Origin: an uncultured bacterium
Lineage (GTDB): Bacteria > SAR324 > NAC60-12
Assembly: GCA_965662235.1 (NCBI GenBank)
Contig: CBFIGY010000011.1
Span: 1 to 64,000, forward strand
Length of the DNA: 64,000 nt
Reading direction: 5' to 3'
Shown here: positions 1 through 10,653 of the stretch, one piece after another
Numbering within the stretch: the stretch's first letter is position 1
Layout: each line of letters opens with the position of its first letter
The notes under the pieces: model-generated
The model's database searches: none
Seen by the model: the letters and a program-made list of their open reading frames with translations, nothing else
What the model was told of the DNA's origin: nothing
Position numbers and translations under genes: made by a program

Positions 1-114
1 AAACGAAACTGTCATTACCCCAATTGTCAGTTGGAGTGCTTGGACGGAATTTCGACCGAGACAGTCTGGAAAGTGGTCAGTCCACTTGCACAAACCCTTA
101 CTAAAACTGAATGA
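1..114 (+). CDS. 3' end of an upstream gene, probably a GT9 (heptosyltransferase-like) glycosyltransferase (partial)
   Basis: Frame 1 is open from base 1: KRNCHYPNCQLECLDGISTETVWKVVSPLAQTLTKTE*. TGA overlaps the next ATG (ATGA, 111-114). The C..C..CLxxIxxxxV tail resembles GT9 C-termini, and DUF4254 genes often neighbour GT9. Confidence 0.45.
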   Translation, partial: KRNCHYPNCQLECLDGISTETVWKVVSPLAQTLTKTE

Positions 115-701
115 TGATTCAAGTCGACGTTCTGCTGCAGGCTCAGCAGCAGCAAGTAACGGACTGGCACCGTCAGTCTCCAACAAACTCCTTTGATTTA
201 GAATCTTGGAGTTCACTGGTTGCAGCCCAAAACTGGGCAAATTATCAGCTTTGGCACCAGGAGGATCTAGCTCGAGACCCTGAGGCAAGTGACTCCGTAA
301 TTGCGGAGGTTAAGCGAAAGATTGATAAGCTGAATCAGCAGCGTAATGATCTGATTGAACAGTTGGATGAGCACCTGATCGAGCATTTACGGGAGGTAGA
401 GGCCTCTGAGGCTCCGTTGAATAGTGAAACTCCAGGAAGCATCATTGATCGCCTTTCGATTAATGCCCTGAAGATTTACCACATGAATGAAGAGTTGGAG
501 CGTTCGGATGCTACTCAAGCACACCGAGAAAAATGTTACTCTAAGTTGCTTATTCTAAGAGAACAACGCTCTGATCTTGCTGAGTGCCTGAGAACTCTTG
601 AAAAGGATTTATTGCAGGGGAACAAACGGTTGAAAGTGTATAGGCAAATGAAGATGTACAATGACCCTACGCTTAATCCAGTCTTGTATAGCAAAGCATA
701 G
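111..701 (+). CDS. DUF4254 domain protein
   Basis: Motifs LWHQED..RDP, KRKIDKLNQQRNDLIE, NSETPGSIIDRLSI.ALKIYHM and KVYRQMKMYNDP.LNP.LY. Confidence 0.85.
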   Translation: MMIQVDVLLQAQQQQVTDWHRQSPTNSFDLESWSSLVAAQNWANYQLWHQEDLARDPEASDSVIAEVKRKIDKLNQQRNDLIEQLDEHLIEHLREVEASEAPLNSETPGSIIDRLSINALKIYHMNEELERSDATQAHREKCYSKLLILREQRSDLAECLRTLEKDLLQGNKRLKVYRQMKMYNDPTLNPVLYSKA

Positions 702-708
702 AGGTCTT

Positions 709-2241
709 ATGAAAATTGTCGGCGCAATTGATGTCGGCTCCAATGCAATTCGGATGGTGTGCGCCCGCCTGACAGCCGATCGCCGCATTGAGCTGATTGA
801 GAAAAACCGGACCCCTGTACGTCTGGGTGAAGACGTGTTTGGTCAGGGGTTCCTGTCGGAAGAGACGATTCAGCGCCTAGTGGACGCGCTGAAGGTGTAC
901 CAAAAGACCCTTGAGCAAAACGGAGCCTCAGAGATCTGTGCCTACTGCACCAGCGCGATCCGGGAGACGGCCAATCAGGACGAGGTGATTGAACTGCTGG
1001 AGCATGAAACCGGCATTCGGTTGGAAACCATCTCTGGCGGAAAGGAGGCTTCGTTGCTGCAGCGGGCCGTGGGCCGCATGGTGCCTGTCGAGGAAGGCAA
1101 CGTCCTGATGGCGGACCTCGGAGGGGGAAGCCTAGAGATTTCGCTCCTCACCAATGGCGAGATTCAGTTTGCCGAGTCCTTCCGAGTGGGCACGGTCCGG
1201 ATGCTCAAGATGTTCCCGTACACGGCGGAGCAGGAGAAGGTCTTCCTGCGCTGGGCCAAGTCGTACCTGGCAGAGTTCATGACTTACATTAAGTCCCGCA
1301 CCAAGCTCCGCAGCCTCAACCGCCTCATCATCACTGGCGGAAACGCCACTGCGCTCGCCAAGCTTTCCGCAGAACAGCTTCAGGGGCCTCTGTTTCAGGA
1401 CGGGGTCTGTGTGCTGGACCGCAGTGCCTTTCAGAAGGTCAAGAAGCACATCTTCAAGCATGACCTCAAGGGACGTCAGGAGGTGCTGGGCATGAACCCG
1501 GACCGTGCGGATGTGATCCTGCCGGCTGTCCTGGTGTTTGAAAGCCTGTTGCGCGTCTCCGGATGCGCGGCTCTCCACATTCCGACAGCAGGCCTGCGAG
1601 ATGGGATCCTTGACGAAATGCTGGAGCGGGTCGTCGGAGCCGAGCCGACCAACGTGCATGAACAGATCCTGCACTCGGCGTGGTACTACGCCCGGAAGTA
1701 CAATGCCGACATGGACCACGCAGAAACCGTCCGGCGCCTTGGGCTGCAGCTGTTTGATGGAACTCAAGCCCTGCACCAGCTCTCTCCTCGGTGCCGCACC
1801 CTCTTTGAAGTGGCCGCCATTTTACACGACGTGGGCCGCTTCATTCGACCGTCCGACCACCCGCATCACTCCATGTACCTCATTCAGAACTCGGAGCTGG
1901 TGGGCTTGACCAACACCGAGCGCCAGATGGTCGCCCTGATCTCACGGTACCACGCTTCCGGAACTCCGTCGACCAAACAGCGTGAGTATGCTCGCCTGAA
2001 CCTGCAACAGCGGCAGAGCATCCGGTCGTTGACGGCTTTGCTTCGGGTGGCGGATGCGCTGGACCGCGGGCACGACTCGCACGTTCAGGAACTGAGCGCT
2101 GCTGTGACTGAAACGGATGCGCACCTGTACCTGTCTGGAAACAGCGACCTCATGCTCGCGGAGTGGGCCCTGCAGCGAAAGAAGAAGTTCTTTGAAAAGG
2201 TCTTCCGCCGGTCGCTTTCCCTTCAACCGGCAGCGAGCTGA
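709..2241 (+). CDS. ppx: Ppx/GppA exopolyphosphatase with C-terminal HD domain
   Basis: [29 protein letters not shown] and LHDVG motifs. Start moved to ATG 709, after GAGG. Confidence 0.9.
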   Translation: MKIVGAIDVGSNAIRMVCARLTADRRIELIEKNRTPVRLGEDVFGQGFLSEETIQRLVDALKVYQKTLEQNGASEICAYCTSAIRETANQDEVIELLEHETGIRLETISGGKEASLLQRAVGRMVPVEEGNVLMADLGGGSLEISLLTNGEIQFAESFRVGTVRMLKMFPYTAEQEKVFLRWAKSYLAEFMTYIKSRTKLRSLNRLIITGGNATALAKLSAEQLQGPLFQDGVCVLDRSAFQKVKKHIFKHDLKGRQEVLGMNPDRADVILPAVLVFESLLRVSGCAALHIPTAGLRDGILDEMLERVVGAEPTNVHEQILHSAWYYARKYNADMDHAETVRRLGLQLFDGTQALHQLSPRCRTLFEVAAILHDVGRFIRPSDHPHHSMYLIQNSELVGLTNTERQMVALISRYHASGTPSTKQREYARLNLQQRQSIRSLTALLRVADALDRGHDSHVQELSAAVTETDAHLYLSGNSDLMLAEWALQRKKKFFEKVFRRSLSLQPAAS

Positions 2242-3422
2242 TCGTCCAGGGTTTCCACAATCAGGCGTCCGATGTTCAGCGAGGACGTGGCCGCCGGTGA
2301 AGGAGCGTTGCCGACATGCACCACGTTGGCGTGCTGCTGAATCAGGAAGTCATCGACCAACCGTCCGTCGGCCAACACGGCCTGAGCACGAATGCCTGCC
2401 GGAGCCTCCTCAAGGTGCCGGGCTTCAATTTCGGGGACCAGGCGCTGCAGCGCACTGACAAAGGCCTGTTTGCTGAACGAGCGCCAGAGTTCCCCCAGCC
2501 CCGTCTTCCAGTACTTCTGCGCCAGCTTGAGAAACCCCGGGTAGCTCAGTGTTTCAAACAAATCCCGCCACTCCACAGTGGTCCGGGTGTACCCTTCACG
2601 GGCAAAGGCCAGCACCGCGTTGGGGCCACACTCGACGCCCCCCTGAATCATGCGCGTGAAGTGCACCCCGAGAAAGGGAAAGCTCGGGTCTGGCACCGGA
2701 TAAATCAGGTTCCGGCACAGGTGCTGCGCTTCCGGAAGAACCTCAAAGTACTCCCCTCGGAAGGGAATGATCTGGTGCTCCGGGGCCTCTGTGAGCGCCG
2801 TGACGCGATCGGAGTGCAGGCCAGCACAATTGATCAAAAACCGCCCTTCAAAGTCCCCTGCGGTGGTCTCTGCGACCACATGCGACCCCGGATACAGGGC
2901 CACAACCTCTGCTCCGAAAACCACCTCGCCCCCAGCCGCCTGCACCTGTTCCTGCAGGCAGCGACACACGGCCGTGTAATCCGTAATCCCTGCTTCCGGT
3001 ACGTGCAGCGCTGCGACCCCGGCGACGTGCGGTTCCAGCTCCTTGAGGCGTTCCGGAGTGATTTTTTCGCACGCCACCCCGTTGGCCTGTCCTCGCTGAT
3101 AGATCGTCTCCAGGGCCGATAGTTCTTCCTCACGAGTCGCAACAATCACCTTTCCGCAGCGTTCAAACGGAATGTGGTGCTCCGCGCAAAATGCTTCCAT
3201 CCGGACCTTCCCCTCGCGGCAGTTGTGTGCCTTGAGGGAGCCTGGCTTGTAGTAGATGCCCGTGTGAAGCACTCCGGAGTTGTGCCCAGTCTGGTGTTTC
3301 GCAACAGAGTCTTCTTTCTCCAAAATGGTGACCCTTAAACGGGGGTAGGTGCGAACCAGCTGATAGGCGGTGGCCAGTCCAACGATGCCGCCACCGATGA
3401 CTAAAACGTCGGTGTGTTTCAT
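2223..3422 (-). CDS. lhgO: L-2-hydroxyglutarate oxidase
   Basis: [46 protein letters not shown] and [11 protein letters not shown] motifs. Start MKHTD at 3422 gives 399 aa. Confidence 0.9.
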   Translation of the reverse strand: MKHTDVLVIGGGIVGLATAYQLVRTYPRLRVTILEKEDSVAKHQTGHNSGVLHTGIYYKPGSLKAHNCREGKVRMEAFCAEHHIPFERCGKVIVATREEELSALETIYQRGQANGVACEKITPERLKELEPHVAGVAALHVPEAGITDYTAVCRCLQEQVQAAGGEVVFGAEVVALYPGSHVVAETTAGDFEGRFLINCAGLHSDRVTALTEAPEHQIIPFRGEYFEVLPEAQHLCRNLIYPVPDPSFPFLGVHFTRMIQGGVECGPNAVLAFAREGYTRTTVEWRDLFETLSYPGFLKLAQKYWKTGLGELWRSFSKQAFVSALQRLVPEIEARHLEEAPAGIRAQAVLADGRLVDDFLIQQHANVVHVGNAPSPAATSSLNIGRLIVETLDDQLAAG

Positions 3423-3452
3423 GAGCAGAATGAGGTTCAGGTACGATGCAGG

Positions 3453-3480
3453 AAAAAAAGAGCTCCGGGAGGCGCCGGAG
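3453..3480 (-). terminator. Terminator-like hairpin just upstream of lhgO
   Basis: Minus strand reads CTCCGG-cgcctc-CCGGAG-ctc-TTTTTTT. Confidence 0.5.
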
Positions 3481-3539
3481 GAAATGAGCGGCTTGCATCC
3501 CACCACAGATGCCCGGAAGACGCAACAAACTGAAACATA

Positions 3540-3552
3540 AATCAACAACTTA
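3540..3552. promoter_or_regulatory. IHF-consensus site in the divergent lhgO/ABC intergenic region
   Basis: AATCAACAACTTA matches WATCAANNNNTTR exactly, in an AT-rich context. Confidence 0.4.
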
Positions 3553-3634
3553 GAGCATCCCTTCCGTTGCGTTTGCCTAACCGAAGAGTACACTGGAAGA
3601 AACTCAAATACTGATCCTCTCTCAGGAGCTTTTC

Positions 3635-4300
3635 GTGATTCTTCAAATCGAGAACCTCAGTAAGTCCTTTGCACACACAGGGAGCACCGTTCCGGTTCAG
3701 GTCCTCAAGGATCTGCAGCTCAATGTGGAAGAACGGGACACCGTTGCCATCATCGGACAATCTGGGAGTGGAAAATCAACCCTCCTGTCGCTGATGGCCG
3801 GCCTAGATCACCCGACCTCGGGATCCTTGAAGCTCCGGGGCTCTGAGCTGGTGCAGATGAATGAAGAAACCCTGACGCAGTTCCGGGCAGAAAACATTGG
3901 CATCATCTTCCAGCAGTTCCACCTGATGCAGCACCTGAGCGCCTTGGAAAACGTGGCGCTTCCGCTGGAGATGGCAGGCATTGAAGACGCAGAGGCTCGC
4001 GCCGCCCAAGCGCTGAAAGAAGTGGGGCTCTCGCACCGGGAAGACCACTTCCCACATCAGATGAGTGGGGGCGAGTGTCAGCGGGTCGCGATTGCGCGCG
4101 CCATCGTCATCCAGCCGGCACTGCTGCTGGCCGACGAGCCAACGGGGAACCTTGATCAAGCCACCGGAGACCAAGTGGCTGACCTGCTCTTTGAACTGGT
4201 GGAGCGCACCGGAATGACCATGGTGCTGGTCACGCACAACAACCAGCTGGCTGACCGCTGTGGCCGGCAATTGACCCTGCAGCAGGGAGCGTTGCAATGA
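3635..4300 (+). CDS. ABC transporter ATP-binding protein (YbbA/LolD-like)
   Basis: Walker [10 protein letters not shown], signature MSGGECQR, Walker [16 protein letters not shown] start after AGGAG. Confidence 0.9.
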   Translation: MILQIENLSKSFAHTGSTVPVQVLKDLQLNVEERDTVAIIGQSGSGKSTLLSLMAGLDHPTSGSLKLRGSELVQMNEETLTQFRAENIGIIFQQFHLMQHLSALENVALPLEMAGIEDAEARAAQALKEVGLSHREDHFPHQMSGGECQRVAIARAIVIQPALLLADEPTGNLDQATGDQVADLLFELVERTGMTMVLVTHNNQLADRCGRQLTLQQGALQ

Positions 4301-6945
4301 ACCATCCGCTGCCGTCCAACGCGTCTTCAGGGCAGTACCAGCGCCCGCATCCGCCACCTTCCCGGCACCGGCTGTGGTTCCGGTTGGCGCTCAAGGAGCT
4401 GTTCAACCACCGGCGTTTCAGCCTGTTTTTCATCCTCAACCTGGCCCTGGGACTGGCGGGCTTCATTGCGCTGGACTCCTTCCAGACTTCCTTGGACCGG
4501 CACCTGACCCGCAACTCCAAGGCAATTCTGGGCGCTGACTTGGCTGTGGTGTCTCGAGCACCGATGACCGAGGAGCAGCAAACCGGCATGGAAAGCCAGC
4601 TTCCGGGCTCTTGGGAAATGACCCGCAAGGTCTCTTTTGTCACCATGGGATCCGGTCCGGAACAGTCACGGCTGATCCAGTTGGTGGCCGTGGAGTCCGG
4701 GTACCCGTTTTATGGCAAGTTGGTGCTGGGGCAGCAGGGTCAGGTGGACACGGCCGCCGTGCAGGAACAGCTGGTGGACCAGGGACAACTCTGGGTTTAT
4801 CCGGAGCTCCTGCCCATGCTCGGGCTGAAGATTGGAGACACGCTCAAGCTGGGAACGGAGGAATACGTCATTGCAGACACGGTGTTGGAAGACCCGAGCA
4901 GCGCGTTCAACACCTTCGGAGTCGCCCCTCGGGTCTACATTGGCCTCCCTCAGGTTGAAGAGACCGGGCTCTTGACGAACAAAAGTCGCGTCAACTACGA
5001 GCGCCTTTACAAGCTGGGACCGGTTCCGAACATTGCACAGCTTGAGCTGGACATGGAAGCGTTTGCCCAGGCCGAGTTTGCCAAGGAAAACCGCATCCGC
5101 GTCCGGACGCATGAAGACGCCAGTGAAAACCTGGGCCGCGTGCTGGGGTACCTCAATGACTACTTGGGCCTGATCGCCCTCATTGCGCTCTTCCTCGCAA
5201 GCATTGGCGCCGCGTACCTGTTCCGGAGCTTTCTCCGAGAGCGGTTCCGGGAGATGGCGGTGCTGATGAGCCTAGGGGCCCAGCGGCGTGAGACGATTCA
5301 GGTGGTCCTCTGGCAACTGTTTCTACTGGGAACCGCAGCAGCGACCATCGCGGTTGTGGTTTCCTTGCTGCTGCTGCCGGCGTTGCCACTGCTGCTGGAA
5401 GAGTTCCTTCCGCGGGGCTTTGAAAGCACCATCAACCTCCGGAGCCTCTGGCTGGCGCTGGCCATGGGGGCGTTGGGCAGCATCGTCTTCTGCCTTCCGG
5501 TGCTGCAGCGCTTGCAGACCATTCAACCGTTGACGCTCTTCAACGAGCACTTGGACGTGGGCCGCTCGCCGACCCGCTTCCGGGTTCGTCAGGTGCTCAG
5601 CTACGTGCCCCTGCTGGTGACGTACTGGCTGCTGGCGATGTGGCAGTCTCAGTCGGTGCTGGTGGGGTCGTTGTTCATTGGACTGCTGGTGATCTGCATC
5701 CTCATTCTTGGCGCATTGGCCTGGAGCCTATTGTCGCTGCTGGGGCGCTTGGGCAAGGGGTCCCACCCGACCACGCGGCTGGCCTTCCGGAACCTCTCAC
5801 GGAATCGCCTGGGCGCACTCTCCTGCTTCCTGGCCATTGCGGTGGGAACGCTGTTGGTGAGCCTCATTCCGCAGATCCAGCAGGGCATTCAGTCAGAGGT
5901 GTCGCGACCTGCCGGATTCAAGGTTCCGAGCCTGTTCATGTTTGACATTCAGCCAGAGCAGGTGGACGCGCTACAGGCACGTTTGCAGAGTTGGGGCACG
6001 CAGGTGGATCGCATTTCTCCACTGGTGCGGGCGCGCTTAGAATCCGTCAATGGCACCGCGTTCAATCAAGAGCAGGAGTCGTCTCAGATGCTGACGCGGG
6101 AGCAGGAGCAGGAGCAGCGCTTCCGGTCCCGGGGCCTCAACGTGTCCTACCGCAAGGAGCTCTCCAACTCTGAATCCATTGTTGAAGGGCGACCCTTGGC
6201 GACCACCTACGATTTCGCCTCCGGGGCTCCAGCTGAGGTTTCGTTGGAGGAGCGCTTTGCGTCCCGGATGGGGCTGACAATTGGTGACGAGCTGCGGTTT
6301 GACGTCCAGGGCATTCCCATTGATGGTGTGGTGGTGAACCTCCGGCAGGTGAAGTGGAACAGCTTTCAGCCCAACTTCTTTGTCCTCTTCCAAACAGGAG
6401 TCCTCGAAGATGCTCCGGCGAGCTTCATTGGGTCGGTTTCAGGACTTGATGACACGCAACGGCTGGACATCCAGAACCTCGTTGCCCGGGAGTTCCCGAA
6501 CGTTTCGGTGATCGACGTGACCCGGATTGTCTCTCGGGTGCTGGAAATTTCGGATCAGATGAGCCTCGCGATCAAGCTGATGGCGTACCTGTCTATTCTG
6601 GCTGGTCTGGTGGTGGTGTTCTCCATTGCTCGGTACGAGGTGCTGCGGCGTGTCTGGGAGATCAACCTCCTGAAGGTGCTGGGGGCGCGTTTTCAGGACA
6701 TCCGGGGGATGATTCTGCTTGAGTTTGGCCTGCTCAGTTTCCTGGCAGCCGCGTTTGGGGTGCTGCTGAGCCTGGCAATGTCTTATGCGCTGGCGTGGCA
6801 GTTTTTTGAAAGCCTCTGGGAGCTGGCGTGGCAAGCGAGTCTGGGAAGCATCCTCATTGTGACTCTGTTGGGAATGGGGGTCGCTTTTTTTGCCGCCAGG
6901 AGCGTCCTCCAGCAAAAACCGCTGGCGCTTCTCAAATCCACCTAA
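4297..6945 (+). CDS. ABC permease, FtsX/MacB-like (YbbP-type)
   Basis: 882 aa with two 4-TM modules, LGADL, FMFDIQ and W.SFQPNFF motifs. ATGA overlap with the ATPase. Confidence 0.85.
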   Translation: MNHPLPSNASSGQYQRPHPPPSRHRLWFRLALKELFNHRRFSLFFILNLALGLAGFIALDSFQTSLDRHLTRNSKAILGADLAVVSRAPMTEEQQTGMESQLPGSWEMTRKVSFVTMGSGPEQSRLIQLVAVESGYPFYGKLVLGQQGQVDTAAVQEQLVDQGQLWVYPELLPMLGLKIGDTLKLGTEEYVIADTVLEDPSSAFNTFGVAPRVYIGLPQVEETGLLTNKSRVNYERLYKLGPVPNIAQLELDMEAFAQAEFAKENRIRVRTHEDASENLGRVLGYLNDYLGLIALIALFLASIGAAYLFRSFLRERFREMAVLMSLGAQRRETIQVVLWQLFLLGTAAATIAVVVSLLLLPALPLLLEEFLPRGFESTINLRSLWLALAMGALGSIVFCLPVLQRLQTIQPLTLFNEHLDVGRSPTRFRVRQVLSYVPLLVTYWLLAMWQSQSVLVGSLFIGLLVICILILGALAWSLLSLLGRLGKGSHPTTRLAFRNLSRNRLGALSCFLAIAVGTLLVSLIPQIQQGIQSEVSRPAGFKVPSLFMFDIQPEQVDALQARLQSWGTQVDRISPLVRARLESVNGTAFNQEQESSQMLTREQEQEQRFRSRGLNVSYRKELSNSESIVEGRPLATTYDFASGAPAEVSLEERFASRMGLTIGDELRFDVQGIPIDGVVVNLRQVKWNSFQPNFFVLFQTGVLEDAPASFIGSVSGLDDTQRLDIQNLVAREFPNVSVIDVTRIVSRVLEISDQMSLAIKLMAYLSILAGLVVVFSIARYEVLRRVWEINLLKVLGARFQDIRGMILLEFGLLSFLAAAFGVLLSLAMSYALAWQFFESLWELAWQASLGSILIVTLLGMGVAFFAARSVLQQKPLALLKST

Positions 6946-7101
6946 GCCCCTTCTCCTTTCTGCTCGCCGAGCCTCCGGGGCTGGGCGGGCCCCTCCAGCC
7001 TGTGCCTCAGGCGTGTCCTCAAGACTTTCAGATTGACCTTTGGCGTCGGTTTTCACAGATTATCGGCCCAGGGGACTAACCATCATTCTTCAGGAAACGC
7101 T

Positions 7102-7728
7102 ATGGACTCAACCTTTCTCTCACGTCGTCTGCACAGTATCACCGGAGTGATACCGGTGGGCCTGTTCCTTGTCTACCACCTGTACGGTCAGCTTTACCTG
7201 CATTCCGGAGCGGAAGGTTACAACGCCCGGGTCAATGGTTTTTATGACAGTCCGCTTTCCACTTGGATTCTGATTCTGCTGGTTTACATCCCGCTCTTTT
7301 ACCACTCGTTGCTGGGCGTGAAGCTCTCGTTTGAGGCAAATGTGCAGCCCACGTACCAGTTTTTTGGGCACCTCCTCTACTGGCTGCAGCGCATCAGCGG
7401 AGTGGGGGTGTTTCTGTTCATCATCGCGCACCTGGCCAACGCCAAGTTTGCTCCTGGCGCAGGCTGCTTTGCCGACTGTGCCGCCGACCACTACGGTCAC
7501 CTCGCTGAGGGCTTTGGGGATCCGGACTCCGGATTGATCACCAAGACGGTTTACATGCTGGGCATCCTCGGAGCGACCTTCCACCTCTCCAACGGCCTCA
7601 ACACCTTCTGCATCACTTGGGGGATTGCCTTGACCCCGAAGGCTCAGGCAAAAGTCCGGACAGTCAGCATTGCTCTGTTTGTCCTGTTAACAGGCAGTAC
7701 CTACTACGCGCTTTCCGCGATCTGGTAA
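7102..7728 (+). CDS. sdhC: Succinate dehydrogenase cytochrome b558 subunit (Bacillus type)
   Basis: RRLHSITG..P.G.FL..HL, LQRISG and FHL.NG heme-ligand motifs, upstream of sdhA. Confidence 0.85.
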   Translation: MDSTFLSRRLHSITGVIPVGLFLVYHLYGQLYLHSGAEGYNARVNGFYDSPLSTWILILLVYIPLFYHSLLGVKLSFEANVQPTYQFFGHLLYWLQRISGVGVFLFIIAHLANAKFAPGAGCFADCAADHYGHLAEGFGDPDSGLITKTVYMLGILGATFHLSNGLNTFCITWGIALTPKAQAKVRTVSIALFVLLTGSTYYALSAIW

Positions 7729-7851
7729 ACCTCCCTCTTTGGGAATCGATACAAAAAAACACTTGGAGATCTTGAACGAGCCTGCAACTACTATTGTTAG
7801 GCGCCTTCAGGTGAGGGTAGGTTCAGGTTCCAAACTGACTCAGGAGAAGCT

Positions 7852-9816
7852 ATGAGTAATCAGAGAGTGATCGTTGTCGGGGGCGGGCTGGCCGGATTGG
7901 CAGCAACCATGAAGATCGCAGAGCAAGGCATGAAGGTCCTGCTCCTGTCGTTCCTCCCAGTGAAGCGGTCTCACTCCGTCTGTGCCCAAGGGGGCATCAA
8001 CGGAGCCGTGAACATCAAAGGAGAGGGGGACTCTCCGGACATTCACTTTTACGACACGGTCAAGGGCGGTGACTTCCTAGCAAATCAGCCGCTCTGTAAG
8101 GACATGTGCTACCACGCCCCGTTCATCATCTACCTGCTGGACCGGCTGGGAGTGCCGTTCAACCGAACGGCCGAGGGCAACTTGGACTTCCGACGCTTCG
8201 GCGGAACGCTGCACCACCGGACCGCCTTCTCTGGCGCGACCACAGGGCAGCAGCTGCTGTATGCTCTGGACGAGCAGGTCCGCCGCTTTGAGGTGGAAGG
8301 CTTGGTCGAGAAGCAGGAATGGCACGAGTACCTCGGCGCCGTGCTGGACGACGAAGAGCGCTGCGTGGGCGCTGTGATTCACAACCTGCGCACCGGCGAA
8401 ATCCGTTCGGAACGCGGAGACGCCGTCATCCTCGCCACAGGAGGTCCAGGGCTTGTGTATGGACGTTCCACCAACTCGGTGGTCTGTACCGGAACCGCAA
8501 CCACCTCGGCTTACCTGCAGGGAGCCAAGTACGCCAACGGCGAATTCATCCAGATTCACCCCTCAGCCATTCCGGGACGTGACAAGCTGCGGCTGATGTC
8601 TGAGTCCGCACGGGGCGAAGGCGGACGGGTCTGGGTGCCGCGCAAACCGGGAGACACGCGCACTGCCCGGCAGATTCCGGAGGAAGAGCGCCTGTACTTC
8701 TTGGAGGAAAAGTACCCGCTGTTCGGGAACCTTGTTCCACGAGACGTGGCCTCCCGCGAGATCTACGACATCTGCGTCAACGGCGGTTTGGGCGTTCACG
8801 GAGACATGAAGGTCTACTTAGACCTGACCCACAAGAGCCGTGAATTCCTCAACCAGCGCCTCGGCGGAATCCTGGAGATCTACGAGAAGTTCACAGGCGT
8901 GGATCCACGTGAGGAACCGATGGAAATCTTCCCTGCGGTGCACTACTCCATGGGAGGCATCTGGACCGACTTTGCTCCCACTGATGAAGGTCTCATCGAC
9001 CACACCTCTCCGCGGAACCAGATGACGTCCATCAACGGACTTTATGCTGCAGGTGAGGCGGATTACCAGTATCACGGAGCCAACCGTCTGGGCGCCAACT
9101 CGTTGCTGAGCTGCATCTACACCGGACTGATGATGGGTCCGGGGGTGGTAAACTTTGTGAAGAACCAGAAGCAAGCAGCGGAGGACCTGCCTTCGACCTT
9201 GTTTGATGGCGCCGCTCAGCAGTGGAAGGAGCGTTACTCCGGTATCAAGGAGATGAAGGGCAAAGAAAATCCGTATGCTCTGCAGGCCGAGCTGGCGGAC
9301 ATCATGATGTCCAACGTCCTCATTGTGCGGGACAACGAACGCCTCGGCGCCACCTTGGAGAAGATTGAGGAGATTGAGCAGCGCTGGCATGATGTGGAGT
9401 GTCTTGACACGGCCGACTGGACCAACCCGGTGCCAAGCTACATCAACCAGTTCTGGAACATGATCCAGCTCTCAAAGGTCATTGCCAAGGGCGCGGCGCT
9501 GCGAGACGAGTTCCGTGGGGCGCACTACAAGCCCGATTATGATTTGCACCAGCCCAGTGACTTCCGTCCTGAGAGCTATTTAGAGTACATCAAGCTGAAG
9601 CAGAACGGCGGCGTTCCGGACGGTGCCTTTACACCGGAGCACCTGTCGTACATGCAGCAGTTTGAGGAAACCAATGAGAAGTGGCTCAAGACCACCATTG
9701 CCTCGTACTCCAAGAAAGACACCTCTGGCGCCTACTACGCCCATGGCATCCCCGAGGTTTCCTACGAAGCGGTGGACACGTCCTTGATCGCTCCTCGTCC
9801 CCGCAAATATGACTGA
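7852..9816 (+). CDS. sdhA: Succinate dehydrogenase flavoprotein subunit
   Basis: RSHSVCAQGGING FAD site, QIHP, SESARGEGG, HYSMGG and HGANRLGANSL motifs. Confidence 0.95.
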   Translation: MSNQRVIVVGGGLAGLAATMKIAEQGMKVLLLSFLPVKRSHSVCAQGGINGAVNIKGEGDSPDIHFYDTVKGGDFLANQPLCKDMCYHAPFIIYLLDRLGVPFNRTAEGNLDFRRFGGTLHHRTAFSGATTGQQLLYALDEQVRRFEVEGLVEKQEWHEYLGAVLDDEERCVGAVIHNLRTGEIRSERGDAVILATGGPGLVYGRSTNSVVCTGTATTSAYLQGAKYANGEFIQIHPSAIPGRDKLRLMSESARGEGGRVWVPRKPGDTRTARQIPEEERLYFLEEKYPLFGNLVPRDVASREIYDICVNGGLGVHGDMKVYLDLTHKSREFLNQRLGGILEIYEKFTGVDPREEPMEIFPAVHYSMGGIWTDFAPTDEGLIDHTSPRNQMTSINGLYAAGEADYQYHGANRLGANSLLSCIYTGLMMGPGVVNFVKNQKQAAEDLPSTLFDGAAQQWKERYSGIKEMKGKENPYALQAELADIMMSNVLIVRDNERLGATLEKIEEIEQRWHDVECLDTADWTNPVPSYINQFWNMIQLSKVIAKGAALRDEFRGAHYKPDYDLHQPSDFRPESYLEYIKLKQNGGVPDGAFTPEHLSYMQQFEETNEKWLKTTIASYSKKDTSGAYYAHGIPEVSYEAVDTSLIAPRPRKYD

Positions 9817-9824
9817 GAAAACCC

Positions 9825-10574
9825 ATGCCTGACAAAACGATTACGTTCAAGATCCAACGGCAAAGCTCCCAAAGCGGGCAACCTTACTGGGACACCTTTG
9901 TCATTCCGTATCAGCCCAATTCGAATGTCATCTCCTGCCTGATGGACATTCAGAAGAACCCGGTCAACGCGGAGGGCAAGAAGGTCGCTCCGGTGGTTTG
10001 GGAAGCCAACTGCCTCGAAGAGGTGTGCGGCACCTGCACCATGGTCATCAACGGCAAGGCCCGTCAGGCCTGCAGTGCCCTGATTGACAAACTGGAGCAG
10101 CCCATTACCATTCAGCCCATGTCGAAGTTTCCGGTGGTCCGGGACCTCATCGTGGACCGCTCCCGCATGTTCGAGGCCCTCAAGAAGGTCAAGGCCTGGG
10201 TGCCTGCCGACGGCTACTACGACCTCGGCCCCGGAGAACGCATCTCGCCTCAGCAGCAGCAAGTGGCGTATAAGCTTTCTGAGTGCATGACCTGCGGCTG
10301 CTGTGTGGAATCCTGCCCGCAGTACACCAAGGGCGGTGACTTCCTCGGGCCGGCGGCCATCAGCCAAGCTCGGCTGTTCAACATGCACCCGACCGGCAAG
10401 AACATCGCCGACGATCGCCTTGATGCACTGATGCGAGAAGGTGGAATCGCCAGCTGTGGCAATGCTCAGAACTGCGTGGAAGTCTGCCCCAAGGGCATCC
10501 CGCTGACCGAGTCCATTGCCGATGTCGGACGCCAGACCTCCGGACGCTTCTGGAGGAGCCTCTTCCGCGCCTGA
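9825..10574 (+). CDS. sdhB: Succinate dehydrogenase iron-sulfur subunit
   Basis: CLEEVCGTC, CMTCGCCVESCP and CGNAQNCVEVCPK clusters. Confidence 0.95.
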   Translation: MPDKTITFKIQRQSSQSGQPYWDTFVIPYQPNSNVISCLMDIQKNPVNAEGKKVAPVVWEANCLEEVCGTCTMVINGKARQACSALIDKLEQPITIQPMSKFPVVRDLIVDRSRMFEALKKVKAWVPADGYYDLGPGERISPQQQQVAYKLSECMTCGCCVESCPQYTKGGDFLGPAAISQARLFNMHPTGKNIADDRLDALMREGGIASCGNAQNCVEVCPKGIPLTESIADVGRQTSGRFWRSLFRA

Positions 10575-10579
10575 CCCCT

Positions 10580-10614
10580 AAGCCTCCCCGGACGTTCCGC
10601 GGGAGGCTTTTTTC
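10580..10614 (+). terminator. Rho-independent terminator of sdhCAB
   Basis: AAGCCTCCC...GGGAGGCTT followed by a T run. Confidence 0.8.
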
Positions 10615-10653
10615 TTGCCCTGAAATAGCACCATTTTGATCCTATTTAGTCTC

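Noticed and set aside
3423..3593. N-terminal extensions in the ORF track (lhgO, dppC, dppA, cobI, dddL, GH28-like, sdhC)
   Set aside because: Downstream ATGs fit RBS or overlap positions and family lengths better.
6091..6120. GAGCAG x3 tandem repeat
   Set aside because: A short in-frame EQEQEQ low-complexity stretch, not a contingency locus or array.
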